A stretch of 64,000 bases of DNA from a virus. Taxonomy: Duplodnaviria; Caudoviricetes. Both the position numbers and the translations under genes were made by a program. Below, piece after piece: positions 38,563-48,243 of the stretch. The number at the start of each line of letters is the position of its first letter. Position 1 is the stretch's first letter. The notes under the pieces are model-generated. The model was not told where the DNA came from. It ran no database searches and worked only from the letters and a program-made list of their open reading frames with translations. The stretch is from positions 1 to 64,000 of IMG/VR virus record IMGVR_UViG_3300033072_000232, one strand, 5' to 3'.

Positions 38563-39381
38563 ATGAGCGTTTTAAGCCAGTTTTTACAAGGCGGCGGCGG
38601 CAAGCTGCGTTACCAAGAGTTCACGGCAAGCGGCACATTCACGCCCAGCGCGGCACTGCTCGCCAACGGTGGCCAGGTGCTGGTCACGCTGGTTGGCGGT
38701 GGTGGCGGTGGTGGCGGTGCGTTGAGTACGACCAACGCCCATGCTGCGGCCGGCGGTGGCGGGGGTGGGCAATACATCGAAAAATTCGTGACCGTTTCCG
38801 GTGCCGTGACCGTGACCATCGCAGCCAGCGCGGCTGGTGGTGTGGGTAACGCAACCGGCACACAGGGCAACAACAGCACGTTCGGTGCGTTGCTGACCGC
38901 AATCGGCGGCGGCGGTGGTGGGCGCACTGACACATCTTCCGCAAACAACGCCGGCGCAAACGGTGCGTGCGGTGGCGGTGGTGGCACAACCCCTGCTGCA
39001 TCGGGGATGGTAGGCGGTGGCGGCGGAGGCATGGACGCATCTTTCACCAGCTATGGCTCAAACGCCGTGAACGGTAGTGGTATCGGCAGCGTGGGCCGGT
39101 ACGGCACAGCTAGCGGTTCAACCAATCAACTCGCACCAGGCGGTCCCGGCATCGGTGGCTTTTGTGGTGGCGGCGCTGGCGGCTCCTCAGCTGCGGCTAC
39201 ATCAACTGTGCAAATCGCGGTAGATGGTGGCGGTAAAGGTGGTGGGGGCACCAACAACGGCAGTGATGCAACAGCCAACACAGGCGGCGGTGGTGGCGGT
39301 GCAGCGGTTGCTGTTGCCAGCACATCGCGCAACGGTGGTGCAGGCGCATCCGGCTACTGCCGTGTTGTCTGGTTTGAATAA
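38563..39381 (+). CDS. Glycine-rich receptor-binding/adhesin protein
   Basis: QEFTASGTFT...LVGGGGGGG...GASGYCRVVWFE glycine-rich domain. Confidence 0.75.
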   Translation: MSVLSQFLQGGGGKLRYQEFTASGTFTPSAALLANGGQVLVTLVGGGGGGGGALSTTNAHAAAGGGGGGQYIEKFVTVSGAVTVTIAASAAGGVGNATGTQGNNSTFGALLTAIGGGGGGRTDTSSANNAGANGACGGGGGTTPAASGMVGGGGGGMDASFTSYGSNAVNGSGIGSVGRYGTASGSTNQLAPGGPGIGGFCGGGAGGSSAAATSTVQIAVDGGGKGGGGTNNGSDATANTGGGGGGAAVAVASTSRNGGAGASGYCRVVWFE

Positions 39382-39392
39382 GGAGCATAGCA

Positions 39393-39836
39393 ATGGATTA
39401 CGTATTAATTAAAAACGGAAAAGTAGAAAATGTAATCGTCGCAGACGAAGATTTTATTGCAAAGATTTCTGGTGACTACGATCATATTGAACCTATGGAT
39501 ACTGTACTAGAAAAAAGTCTAGGAGTAGGTGTTGGTTGGACATATGCAGATGGTGTTTTTACAGCACCACCTCCAGTACAACAAGTAGTACAACAAGAAC
39601 CTAAACATATTTCAGTAGGTGCTTTCTTTGATAGATTTGGACAACACAAGTGGTCCATCTTAGCAGATAATAGTCCTGCTGTTCAAGCATTAATTAAGGA
39701 TTGTAGCGTTCGTAAATGGATTGATTTAGACGACCCTCAATTAGATGCTGGATTGCAAATGTTAGTAACCGCTGGGCATGATATTGTTCCTTCTGAAATC
39801 TTATCAGCAGAAGTACAAGAACAAGAAAAACCTTAA
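39393..39836 (+). CDS. Tail-associated protein
   Basis: YVLIKNGKVENVIVAD...VGVGWTYADGVFTAP. Confidence 0.65.
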   Translation: MDYVLIKNGKVENVIVADEDFIAKISGDYDHIEPMDTVLEKSLGVGVGWTYADGVFTAPPPVQQVVQQEPKHISVGAFFDRFGQHKWSILADNSPAVQALIKDCSVRKWIDLDDPQLDAGLQMLVTAGHDIVPSEILSAEVQEQEKP

Positions 39837-39899
39837 AGTAACAACATAAGAAGTCGGTATTAAGTTATCGACTTCAACTATCTATTAAGGTACAATACA

Positions 39900-40559
39900 A
39901 TGTTAGAATTGTTTTATTTATCAGTAATGATTTCTTGTTTTATAGGATTTATTGCAATAGCACATGCTCCTATTATACCTATAATCAGGGTATTACAGCA
40001 TGATTTACCAGAAAAGAAAAGCATTATTAAATGCTTTATTGTTGCTTATTTAAAAGTACTTGTTACTATTCCTTTTGATTTACTTGCTCCTATTGCGGTA
40101 TTTATTGCGTTGTTGTTTACAAAAACATCAGATAATAATCTTCCAAGGTTTTTCTGGATGTGGGATAATGACGCTAGTATTAACGGTGATATACGCAAAG
40201 AAAACTCATGGGAATTACTTAGCATATCTAACGACTTAAACAACATAGAAGAACAAAATAAATGCTATTGGGCTAAAGGTAAGCATCCAAGAAGTTTTTA
40301 TGCTAGGTGGATTTGGTTAGGTTTGCGTAACAGAGCATCTAAATTAAGTCAAGAACTAGGTACTTCTGAAACTGGAGATATTACTAGTATTAGCGGAAGC
40401 GGGTGGTATTTAAATAAACTAGGTGATACTTATAGGTATTTTGAATTACTTCCTGTTGGTAAGTTTTTTATCAGAATGCACTGCGGATATAAAATTCCAA
40501 TTATTCCCGGTGAACATAAAGCTGCTGTTGTTTCTATCGGATTTAGTCTAAGGAAATAG
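39900..40559 (+). CDS. Putative membrane protein
   Basis: Two hydrophobic segments; WDND...WLGLRNRAS phage family. Confidence 0.6.
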   Translation: MLELFYLSVMISCFIGFIAIAHAPIIPIIRVLQHDLPEKKSIIKCFIVAYLKVLVTIPFDLLAPIAVFIALLFTKTSDNNLPRFFWMWDNDASINGDIRKENSWELLSISNDLNNIEEQNKCYWAKGKHPRSFYARWIWLGLRNRASKLSQELGTSETGDITSISGSGWYLNKLGDTYRYFELLPVGKFFIRMHCGYKIPIIPGEHKAAVVSIGFSLRK

Positions 40560-40560
40560 C

Positions 40561-40815
40561 ATGCTTTCTGGTTTATTTATTTATTTAGAAAACAACTTAA
40601 TTGCTGTTGATCAGTTACTCAATACTTTACTACTAGGTAGCCCAGATGAGACTCTTAGTAGTAGATCATATAGAACAGAGCAATCAGGTAAAATATTAGG
40701 AACACTATTAAGACCTACTATTGATCTCTTATTCTTCTTTCAGGATCAACATTGCAAGAAAGCATTCACATCAGAACAAAACAAAACACAATTACCTAAA
40801 CAATTCAGGGAATAG
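40561..40815 (+). CDS. Conserved phage hypothetical protein
   Basis: IAVDQLLNTLLLGSPDETLSSRSYR...IDLLF...HC. Confidence 0.7.
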   Translation: MLSGLFIYLENNLIAVDQLLNTLLLGSPDETLSSRSYRTEQSGKILGTLLRPTIDLLFFFQDQHCKKAFTSEQNKTQLPKQFRE

Positions 40816-40819
40816 AAGT

Positions 40820-41221
40820 ATGCAGGAATTTAATTCAGAATCTCAAAAAGAACGACAACCATTCAAACGTAGACAAGATGATATTACACTACAACTGATA
40901 GCAGATAATATGAATGCTGTTAATGAAAACGTAACTGAATTGCGAGGAAGTGTACAGGAATCATTAAAAGATATTTCTGCTGCTTTACAGTCACTTGTAT
41001 TACTTGAACAAAAACAAACACACCAAAGCCTTACTCAACAAAGATTTGAGAAAGAATTAGATGAAATAAAGAAAGATGTAAAGGAATTAGACAATAGAAC
41101 TACAGCAGTAGAGATTGCTATGCCTGAACTAAAACGTACTTCTAGTTGGATATTCAGTGCTGTACTTACTGTACTGGGTGCTGCTAGTATGTTTGCTGGT
41201 AAGATGTTAGGGGTCTACTAA
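40820..41221 (+). CDS. Putative holin (coiled coil plus C-terminal TM)
   Basis: Directly upstream of the endolysin; WIFSAVLTVLGAASMFAG; likely start ATG 40820. Confidence 0.5.
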   Translation: MQEFNSESQKERQPFKRRQDDITLQLIADNMNAVNENVTELRGSVQESLKDISAALQSLVLLEQKQTHQSLTQQRFEKELDEIKKDVKELDNRTTAVEIAMPELKRTSSWIFSAVLTVLGAASMFAGKMLGVY

Positions 41222-41222
41222 G

Positions 41223-41720
41223 ATGTTGAATAATCCTTTGATTGAAAAGCTAAGAAAGCCAATAGCAGCTATCGTAATCTCTGTTAGTGCATTAGGCGCA
41301 ATCAAGGGTTATGAAGGATATAAATCTGAAGCGTATGTACCTGTACCGGGTGATGTTCTGACTATCGGTTACGGTACTACGAAGAAACCTGATGGTGAAG
41401 CTGTACAGAAGTCTGATATTGTAGATAAACAATTAGCTGAAGTATATCTGAAGAATGACATAAGCATCTTTGCTAAGGAAATATCTAAGTGCATCAAAGT
41501 ACCTATCTCACAAGGAGAATACGATGCATTTATTAGTCTTACATACAATATAGGTTCTGGTGCTTTCTGTAAGAGTACTCTGGTAAAAAAGCTGAATACT
41601 TATGACTACGCTGGTGCCTGCAATGAAATTCTTAAATGGGATAAGTTCAAAGGTGTTCCTTTAAAAGGATTAACCATCCGAAGAACTAAAGAATATAACC
41701 AATGCATTGGAAAGGAATAA
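41223..41720 (+). CDS. Endolysin, T4-lysozyme family, SAR-like N-terminus
   Basis: Catalytic triad E-8-D-5-T (EGYKSEAYVPVPGDVLTIGYG); hydrophobic IAAIVISVSALGAI. Confidence 0.92.
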   Translation: MLNNPLIEKLRKPIAAIVISVSALGAIKGYEGYKSEAYVPVPGDVLTIGYGTTKKPDGEAVQKSDIVDKQLAEVYLKNDISIFAKEISKCIKVPISQGEYDAFISLTYNIGSGAFCKSTLVKKLNTYDYAGACNEILKWDKFKGVPLKGLTIRRTKEYNQCIGKE

Positions 41721-42274
41721 TATTGAATATAACTCTTATCAAAATGATTATCGGAGTAGCTTTAGTTTCTATTGTACTTACGTTTGCTTATACATGGCAT
41801 ACTAATAAAGTAAATACAGCAGTAAAACAAGCTACTGATTCTATCAAACTAGAACTTACACAGAAATCTCTTAAAGCATTAGAGCATAGAGATTCAGTAG
41901 TTCTAGAACTAAATCAAAAGGTGAAATTACTTGACTTACAAACAGAAAAGCAGATGCGTGCAGCTACTGCTAAATATAACAGCTTGCTTGCTGATTATGA
42001 CAGTTTTAGTAGGTTGTCAAAGCGTCCCGAAGGAAAGCCTGATAGTTCAAGTACATACGGTAGAACTACCGAAACTACAGAAGCTACCACAGGAAGTAAC
42101 TTCGGTAGATTATATAGAGAAGATGCAATCTTTCTTGCAGATTACGCTAGGACAACCGAAACCTTAAAGGTAGGACTGGTAGCCTGCTACCAACAGTACG
42201 ATCTGGCTAATGAACAACTACAGAGATTAGCTACAGAGGCTTTAAACAAGCCTACAATCGATTTAAATCACTGA
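41702..42274 (+). CDS. i-spanin (Rz-like)
   Basis: N-terminal TM then coiled coil, after the endolysin. Confidence 0.75.
   Translation: MHWKGIILNITLIKMIIGVALVSIVLTFAYTWHTNKVNTAVKQATDSIKLELTQKSLKALEHRDSVVLELNQKVKLLDLQTEKQMRAATAKYNSLLADYDSFSRLSKRPEGKPDSSSTYGRTTETTEATTGSNFGRLYREDAIFLADYARTTETLKVGLVACYQQYDLANEQLQRLATEALNKPTIDLNH
41931..42167 (+). CDS. o-spanin (Rz1-like lipoprotein) embedded in the i-spanin gene; true start probably internal (GTG, VQLLL)
   Basis: Different frame; signal peptide with lipobox LVGC. Confidence 0.7.
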   Translation: MTYKQKSRCVQLLLNITACLLIMTVLVGCQSVPKESLIVQVHTVELPKLQKLPQEVTSVDYIEKMQSFLQITLGQPKP

Positions 42275-42303
42275 GGTGATACCTACATAGCCTACAAACA
42301 AAT

Positions 42304-42347
42304 AAACCCCTAGGAAGCCGTTAAAAGCCTCTTAGGGGTTTTCTTTT
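42304..42347. terminator. Bidirectional terminator between the convergent genome arms
   Basis: AAACCCCTA/TAGGGGTTT with flanking A and T tracts. Confidence 0.8.
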
Positions 42348-42349
42348 AT

Positions 42350-42454
42350 CTACTTACTAATGCAGGCATTATTGTTTGTAGCTAAAGCAGGTTGTGGTGA
42401 GCAAGAAACAAATGCTAGTGCAAATAAAGCAGGAAGTAGTTTCAGGTATTTCAT
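42350..42454 (-). CDS. 34-aa signal-peptide/lipoprotein-like ORF, possibly truncated
   Basis: MKYLKLLPALFALAFVSCSPQPALATNNNACISK. Confidence 0.45.
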   Translation of the reverse strand: MKYLKLLPALFALAFVSCSPQPALATNNNACISK

Positions 42455-42464
42455 AATGTGTTTC

Positions 42465-42740
42465 TCACGGAGCTGTAATCAAGTATTGATCATTAAACCT
42501 TACCGGAAGTTTTGTGCTTTCGTAAGTAACAGACAATGATTTAACACAATAGTTAGTAGTTAGTTCAATATTAACCTCCTTTAGATAAGCATCTTTACGT
42601 CCAAACAGGTTATTGAATGTCTTATGTTCTAATGTAAGTTCTGGTACATAGTCTTTCTTCTTACGAAGGTCTTGATTACCATCTTGACTAATCCATAGTT
42701 CATCACCGTTATCTGAACGATATACTGTAAATTTTTCCAT
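42465..42740 (-). CDS. Hypothetical protein
   Basis: 91 aa, AAGGA SD. Confidence 0.65.
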   Translation of the reverse strand: MEKFTVYRSDNGDELWISQDGNQDLRKKKDYVPELTLEHKTFNNLFGRKDAYLKEVNIELTTNYCVKSLSVTYESTKLPVRFNDQYLITAP

Positions 42741-42752
42741 ATAATTCCTTTC

Positions 42753-43082
42753 TTAACTGACTACTTTATAAGCTACTACACAATCCCAATGAAGTTCTTT
42801 TACCAAAAGGGTATTGTAGTTAGTCATCGTTTTTAAATCTCGTTCTTGTTGAACCATCCATACAACTTCATCATCTGGAAATAGCTCATCAGGTGGCTCT
42901 CCATTACCATCATATTCCCTCCACTCACCAGAGTCATCAGGATACCAAGGAGTATTGCCTAATGATTGCACAGCATGTGGATAATCAGTAATCTTTACTT
43001 CAAGATCATCTGGTGTATTCAAGAACTGATCACGGATGATGCTAACAAGTTCTTGATATGTAAGTTCTACGATGTGTTTCAT
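42753..43082 (-). CDS. Hypothetical protein
   Basis: 109 aa, AAGGAG SD. Confidence 0.7.
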   Translation of the reverse strand: MKHIVELTYQELVSIIRDQFLNTPDDLEVKITDYPHAVQSLGNTPWYPDDSGEWREYDGNGEPPDELFPDDEVVWMVQQERDLKTMTNYNTLLVKELHWDCVVAYKVVS

Positions 43083-43130
43083 GTTACTCCTTTAAGTTTT
43101 GACGATGTACGTACTATAACACATAAAACA

Positions 43131-43177
43131 AAACCCTCTGAGTACCTTAGTAAATTCTAGGGTTATTCAGAGGGTTT
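43131..43177 (-). terminator. Terminator hairpin downstream of thioredoxin
   Basis: AAACCCTCTGAGTA/TATTCAGAGGGTTT. Confidence 0.65.
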
Positions 43178-43183
43178 CTTTAT

Positions 43184-43429
43184 TTATACAGCTTCTGCTG
43201 CTTTCTTAATCTCTAGGAAATTACTACCAGAGATTCGACGTACTTCATTACCTGAGTCATCAAACAAGATGGTCATTGGTACTGTACGAATATTCAGTTC
43301 TTTGGCTAGGCTAGGGTTATCGTCTAGTAAGATGAACTCTAGGTTAGTTACTAGGTTAGCTTCTTCTAGTTGTTTCTTTAGTGCTTTGCATGGGTTGCAA
43401 TTTGATTGTGAATATACTTTGATTTTCAT
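43184..43429 (-). CDS. Thioredoxin/glutaredoxin-like redoxin
   Basis: CNPC active site, IRTVP cis-Pro; downstream of the reductase. Confidence 0.88.
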   Translation of the reverse strand: MKIKVYSQSNCNPCKALKKQLEEANLVTNLEFILLDDNPSLAKELNIRTVPMTILFDDSGNEVRRISGSNFLEIKKAAEAV

Positions 43430-43446
43430 ATTACTCCTTTACTTAT

Positions 43447-43620
43447 TTACCATACTTTCTCCCAGAACTTATCAACCATTACCCAATTCAACCAATCTTG
43501 TTGTTCTTGGTCTGTAGTCAATATAGGAGAGTCTTGATTGTACCATTCACCGGGGAGTACTTCTCGGATAATTCTTTGAAATACTCCCCTACCTTCATAC
43601 TTGTAGTCTCCGATTATCAT
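43447..43620 (-). CDS. 57-aa hypothetical protein (not in ORF track)
   Basis: MIIGDYKYEGRGVFQRIIREVLPGEWY...FWEKVW; fills the gap between reductase and redoxin. Confidence 0.55.
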   Translation of the reverse strand: MIIGDYKYEGRGVFQRIIREVLPGEWYNQDSPILTTDQEQQDWLNWVMVDKFWEKVW

Positions 43621-43621
43621 A

Positions 43622-44856
43622 TCAGAATACTACTTCACAAGCACCACCAGCACAACCAGCAGAACCAATGGTATCTACTTCAGTGTACTTTTGTTGAGAC
43701 AGTTCTTTACTGAAATCAATCAAAGTAATACTTGATTGAATGTTCTTCCATTTGTGTAGATTATAGCAATCCTTCAAACAGAAAGTCATCAGTTTCATAT
43801 CACCTGAGAAATAGCTATCAGTAAACTTCTTTGCTCTACGAACCCAATCACGTTTAAGCAAGTCAGAGCTATCTTCTGTAAGTACAAGACCCTTACCTTG
43901 TGCTGTATCACAAGCAAGCCATAGGTTCTCGTTAAATGCATGTAAAGCATCTACAATAAGTCCACTGGCAAACAAGCTACCATCACCGTACTTCTTCATA
44001 ATCTGCTCTGCTGTGAATACTTCAGTAAAAGGTGCTTGAGCATAATCCTTATCACCCGAAGAACTCAACAAAGAAACACCAGCAAACCATTGACGATTGT
44101 TGTATAGGTATTCCTCTACTTCATCCCAATTATCAACAGAAATAGTATTGCTGATATTGTGACGTAGTTTAGGGTGTACACATAGTTCTTCATTAGTTCC
44201 TGCTTCTACCCATACCTGTTGTGCTTTCTTAACGTACTCAAGAAGTTTAACCCCTAGTAGTTGATCTTTATAGATACTACCTTCTTTAGACACAACTGGA
44301 AAGCTAACTACATAATCAGTGCCATTAGGTGACCATACTGAATCTTCAATCATTTCAGGATTTACTTCTTGAATCAGCTTAGTTACTTCATCTTCTTTAT
44401 TCATCTGAACATTACGGAAGTACATAGGAGCATGTTCACCATGAATACCACTTGCTGTGCCTAGCAACACAGAAGCGTTACCAGATGGTTTAGCACAAGT
44501 AGTTCTGGCTGCTGGATTGATACCAATTAGTTTAGCTACTTCACGGTTTACTTGCTTTACTACTTCAGCACCTTCACGAAGAATATCTTCATCAAACAGA
44601 ATCTCAGGATTATTCATCCATCCTGTGATACTGACGCCGATTAGGGCTTCATGATCGGTAATTTCCTTAGTAGCTTTTGATACATATTTAAAATCAGTAT
44701 AACCTGCTTGAAGTGTACCTAGGATAGCTGCTGCTTTGCATGATCGTAAGAATACTTCTTTGCTTGTGATCTTTCCTCCATTTTGTTCGGTTAAGTTGCA
44801 AAATTGAAATCCTGAGATTCCCTGTTGTGTTTTTGGTAACATACCAATTTCTACAC
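43622..44856 (-). CDS. nrdJ: Ribonucleotide reductase catalytic subunit, exon 2
   Basis: (C)VEIGM..GFQFCNL, TTCAKPSGN, C-terminal CAGGAC; RTPR/class II-like; no beta gene adjacent, so the class is tentative. Confidence 0.75.
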
Positions 44857-45693
44857 CTTCATTGTTACTCCGGTAATACCGGGGTCAAGCTATTTCTACT
44901 TGACTCTGCATATCCCTATGCAGAACAGACTATATCACCACCCGATTTAACGGGGTTAATCATTCGGATTTTATACTTAAAACTATCTTTCACATATGGT
45001 TCAACACCTTTACAAAACTTTTCTACATCTTTGCAACGAAGCCTTAGATAGTAGTATTGATTTTGTCGGTTAATATTGAACTCTACATCTAGGACTTCTT
45101 TTATTGTTTTCTTCAGCATAAGTTGATCACCATAAGATAGTCGCTTCAAATTAAGCGTAAGGTTCCAAGAACTATTAACAAGTCCTTTCTTTGGGTTTGG
45201 TTTATCTTCAACCAAAGAACCATCACACATAAAAAGAATTGCAATTGCTTCCCAGTCTAGTAATTTTAGACTGTGAGGGTCAATACCTTTATAGTTATCA
45301 ATATAGATTCGTTCACGTAGTGTTGTCAGAAAAGGATGTGTCTTACTTTCAAGACGAATCTGTTCTTTCCTGTTACAACCGTCAGTGTTGTAATCTTCTC
45401 TTTCGTATTGTTTAGTTCCAACGAAAGAGTTTAATACTGAGTCTACCCAATCAATGTAGTCCTTGTGTTCTTTCTTCATGTTCATAATGAATTTTGCATT
45501 ACTTGTATCTGATGTTTTATACACACCACCATCACCAAGTACAAAATAAGACACAAGTTTAGTTAGTTGTTTTTTATCCATAGTCGTTACACCTTCCATA
45601 TCGGATTGGCACGGTATTGGCTGTTCTAGCTATCCACCGTTTTTAGATTAATTATTCAGAAACAATTACTTGTTTAGGCCGCTAGTAAATTTA
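44857..45693 (-). mobile_element. Group I intron (837 nt) with homing endonuclease ORF
   Basis: Exon CCGT pairs with GCGG; AAACGGTGGA...AATACCGTGCCAA, GTGTAACGACT, GGTGATATAGTCT; ends in G; removal restores NP-C-VEIGM. Confidence 0.9.
44916..45599 (-). CDS. Intron-encoded two-motif LAGLIDADG-type endonuclease
   Basis: LVSYFVLGDGG and AIAILFMCDGS; HPFLTTLR..Y. Confidence 0.75.
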   Translation of the reverse strand: MEGVTTMDKKQLTKLVSYFVLGDGGVYKTSDTSNAKFIMNMKKEHKDYIDWVDSVLNSFVGTKQYEREDYNTDGCNRKEQIRLESKTHPFLTTLRERIYIDNYKGIDPHSLKLLDWEAIAILFMCDGSLVEDKPNPKKGLVNSSWNLTLNLKRLSYGDQLMLKKTIKEVLDVEFNINRQNQYYYLRLRCKDVEKFCKGVEPYVKDSFKYKIRMINPVKSGGDIVCSA

Positions 45694-46678
45694 ACGGATT
45701 GTATGCAAACTCAAGGTCATCTGTGAAAATAAATGCAGGCTCTCCGAATTCTTTTACAGACTTCATAATATTCTTCCATTCTTCTAACGTAAGTTCATCA
45801 CGTTTAAGCATTGCAGAATTATTACTACGTCCACGTTGTGGATTATCAATAAACCAATCGCCAGTTTTAGCTTTCAGCATTTCATTATCATGCTTATCAA
45901 ATAAGCAGATAGTAGCTGATCGACGTACACCACCTGATAATACTGCGTCACTAATGTGCATCGTAATATCGTAAGCAACAATAGGTCTAATCTTAGTTTC
46001 TTGCTTATCTAATAGCTGCTTATCTAGCAAGGATTCAATCTTTACTAAAGCACTACGTAGACCATCAGGGCCGGGAGCTTTGAAGCCACCAGAAATCATT
46101 GCACCTTTAGGTCGAATCTGGCTAAAATCAAAGTGAACCTGACAGCCCTTATACTCAGGGAATACAGCACCTTCAGTCAGATAGCTACTAAGAAGTACAG
46201 CTACTGAATCAGCCCAGCCTTCAATGTTGTCTGGTACTTGGAAGATTTTAACTTTCTTCTTACTACGTTGATGAATACTAGGGATTTGGTTTACGTGATG
46301 CTGCTGTACTGAAAAGCCTACGCCGCAACCACATAGCAACAGATAGAATGCTTCATTAAAGAACTCAGGACGATCACAATGAGACACTGAACAATTATAC
46401 ATCCTAGCTTCATGCTTGAATAGCTGGTCACCACCAAATTGTAATGCTCGTTGTGCCCCTAGTACTAACTGTTCTTTGTATGCTTGTCCGGCATATTGAA
46501 TATATTCTTCTAGTTGTGGTGTTAGCTTATGCTTGTACTTCTGACGATGCATCTGCATTACACGCTCAACTGACTCATCCCAAGATTCATATGCTTGTTT
46601 ATCTTCTAGCCAACGAGAGTAACCCATGTAGAATTTACTCTCGGATAACATCTGTTTACCGATATTTTCTGAATTCAT
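45694..46678 (-). CDS. nrdJ: Ribonucleotide reductase catalytic subunit, exon 1 (spliced 739 aa from ATG 46678)
   Basis: YSRW, MYNCS, GCGVGFS, GGVRRSA, RGRSNNS, YNP. Confidence 0.78.
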
Positions 46679-46707
46679 ATTTTCCTTTATTCCTTGTTCA
46701 TTCACTC

Positions 46708-47052
46708 TTACTCTTTAACATACCCACGGATACGATACATATCCTCCAAGATTCTATTGTTCAGCCCACGATCTAGTGCTTCTTCACTGGCATAACCAGA
46801 CTTAATCCAATCTTGATCTGACCTCTCTTCTCCACACCAACGTAGCGTCTGTACTACCTCATCAAACCTATTTCGATGAATACAATCTTGTAGGTCTACT
46901 TTATAACTAGTATCCATTCCTAGATTAAATAGAATTTCATTTACTTCTTCTGGATAACGCAAAGCATGTTCTTTAGTAAACCAAGGAATTACTTTCTGAA
47001 TCTCTGATAGTGATACTACCTTCATTGCTGGAATTCGAAAACGTACACTCAT
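46708..47052 (-). CDS. Hypothetical protein
   Basis: 114 aa, AAGGAG SD. Confidence 0.7.
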   Translation of the reverse strand: MSVRFRIPAMKVVSLSEIQKVIPWFTKEHALRYPEEVNEILFNLGMDTSYKVDLQDCIHRNRFDEVVQTLRWCGEERSDQDWIKSGYASEEALDRGLNNRILEDMYRIRGYVKE

Positions 47053-47079
47053 ATTACTCCTTATTCTTTTGTTAATTAG

Positions 47080-47117
47080 AATCAGCGTATTCCGGAGTTT
47101 GGGAATGAACGCTGATT
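47080..47117 (-). terminator. Terminator hairpin downstream of thyX
   Basis: AATCAGCGT/ACGCTGATT stem. Confidence 0.6.
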
Positions 47118-47163
47118 GCTAGATTGTATCACATATTACTTATAAACTAAAGTAAATGTTAGG

Positions 47164-47925
47164 TTAGTTTGTATAAGGATTCTCACCATAATTCAGGGAT
47201 TGCATGCTATAAGGAAAATGTTCATAAAGAATCGCTCCTAGTTTCTTAGCAAAGTCTTGAGCAATCAATTGAGCATGACTATCTTTACGTTGTTGATACA
47301 CACGATTAAATGCTACCAAACTACCCGTCCACACCCAATTGGTCATGCTGTTTAACGGTAAAACCATTCTGGCTTCTTCTGGGGCTACTCCTGCATCCAG
47401 CAAGTCGTAGTACGTGTAAACAGAGTCTATAGAGGCTGTCTTGACACGTTCGATAGCTAACGATGCAACGCCTGTATCTCCAACCCAAATGTACCCATTG
47501 TGAATCTCCTTACTAGCACCTTGCTTTGCATTCTCAGGTGATTTATGGAATTTATCTGGAATATACAACTCAATATCACTTTTGATATATCGCCTGGATT
47601 CTTCATTCCATACAAGACCTACTTGATGTTTAACAAGTTGTCGTGCAAGGAAGATAGGTGCTTTTACCAGAATAGTAAGTTGGCAATGAGCTAGAGTGGT
47701 CCAATGTGTATGAGCCTTAGCTAGTTTCTCCCAATCCTCACGATTTTCTTTAGCTACACCCGTAGCAAGGTAATCCAGCAATCCTTGTTCCTTGAAAGTA
47801 TCTTCAGGCATCCATCGACCAAATGAAGCATAAGCACAGTTGCGTACACGCGCATCACTGCCCATCTTATCAATGAATTTTACCTCAACATCTGAGTATT
47901 TAATTGTTCGTTCAGTTTTGTTCAT
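47164..47925 (-). CDS. thyX: Flavin-dependent thymidylate synthase
   Basis: ARQLVKHQVGLVWNEESRRY, PEEARMVLP, HAQ. Confidence 0.92.
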   Translation of the reverse strand: MNKTERTIKYSDVEVKFIDKMGSDARVRNCAYASFGRWMPEDTFKEQGLLDYLATGVAKENREDWEKLAKAHTHWTTLAHCQLTILVKAPIFLARQLVKHQVGLVWNEESRRYIKSDIELYIPDKFHKSPENAKQGASKEIHNGYIWVGDTGVASLAIERVKTASIDSVYTYYDLLDAGVAPEEARMVLPLNSMTNWVWTGSLVAFNRVYQQRKDSHAQLIAQDFAKKLGAILYEHFPYSMQSLNYGENPYTN

Positions 47926-47935
47926 TTAATTCCTT

Positions 47936-48241
47936 TCAATAAATATACGGAGTAATATAAAACTTAGCTTTCTTCTCAGTAACTAACTCGAATAATTCCT
48001 TGTTCTTTGCAATCACTAGATTCTCACTGATTTCTTTGTAAGAATATGTACCAGAAGATACTAAAGTAAATCCAATCAGACAATCATCTAGTGCAGCATC
48101 GTAGTGCGGAGAAATAATCTCTAATTCTGTTGATTGCAAATACTCAGGATTACCATTAAGAGCTTCGTACTCATCAATGTTCTTGCAGACTTCTTTAAAC
48201 GGTAGTCCTACTACCAATTTTGCAGATGTATTTATTGACAT
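47936..48241 (-). CDS. Hypothetical protein
   Basis: 101 aa ORF in operon. Confidence 0.65.
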   Translation of the reverse strand: MSINTSAKLVVGLPFKEVCKNIDEYEALNGNPEYLQSTELEIISPHYDAALDDCLIGFTLVSSGTYSYKEISENLVIAKNKELFELVTEKKAKFYITPYIY

Positions 48242-48243
48242 AC

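Noticed and set aside
38529-39412. Several Pro/Arg/His-rich ORFs over the glycine-rich gene
   Set aside because: Frame and strand shadows of GGC/GGT codon runs
34731-39836. Diversity-generating retroelement or invertible shufflon behind the tail mosaicism
   Set aside because: No reverse transcriptase, template/variable repeat pair, invertase or repeated crossover sites seen in the window
46708-47052. Candidate ribonucleotide reductase beta subunit
   Set aside because: Only 114 aa with no ferritin-like ExxH motifs
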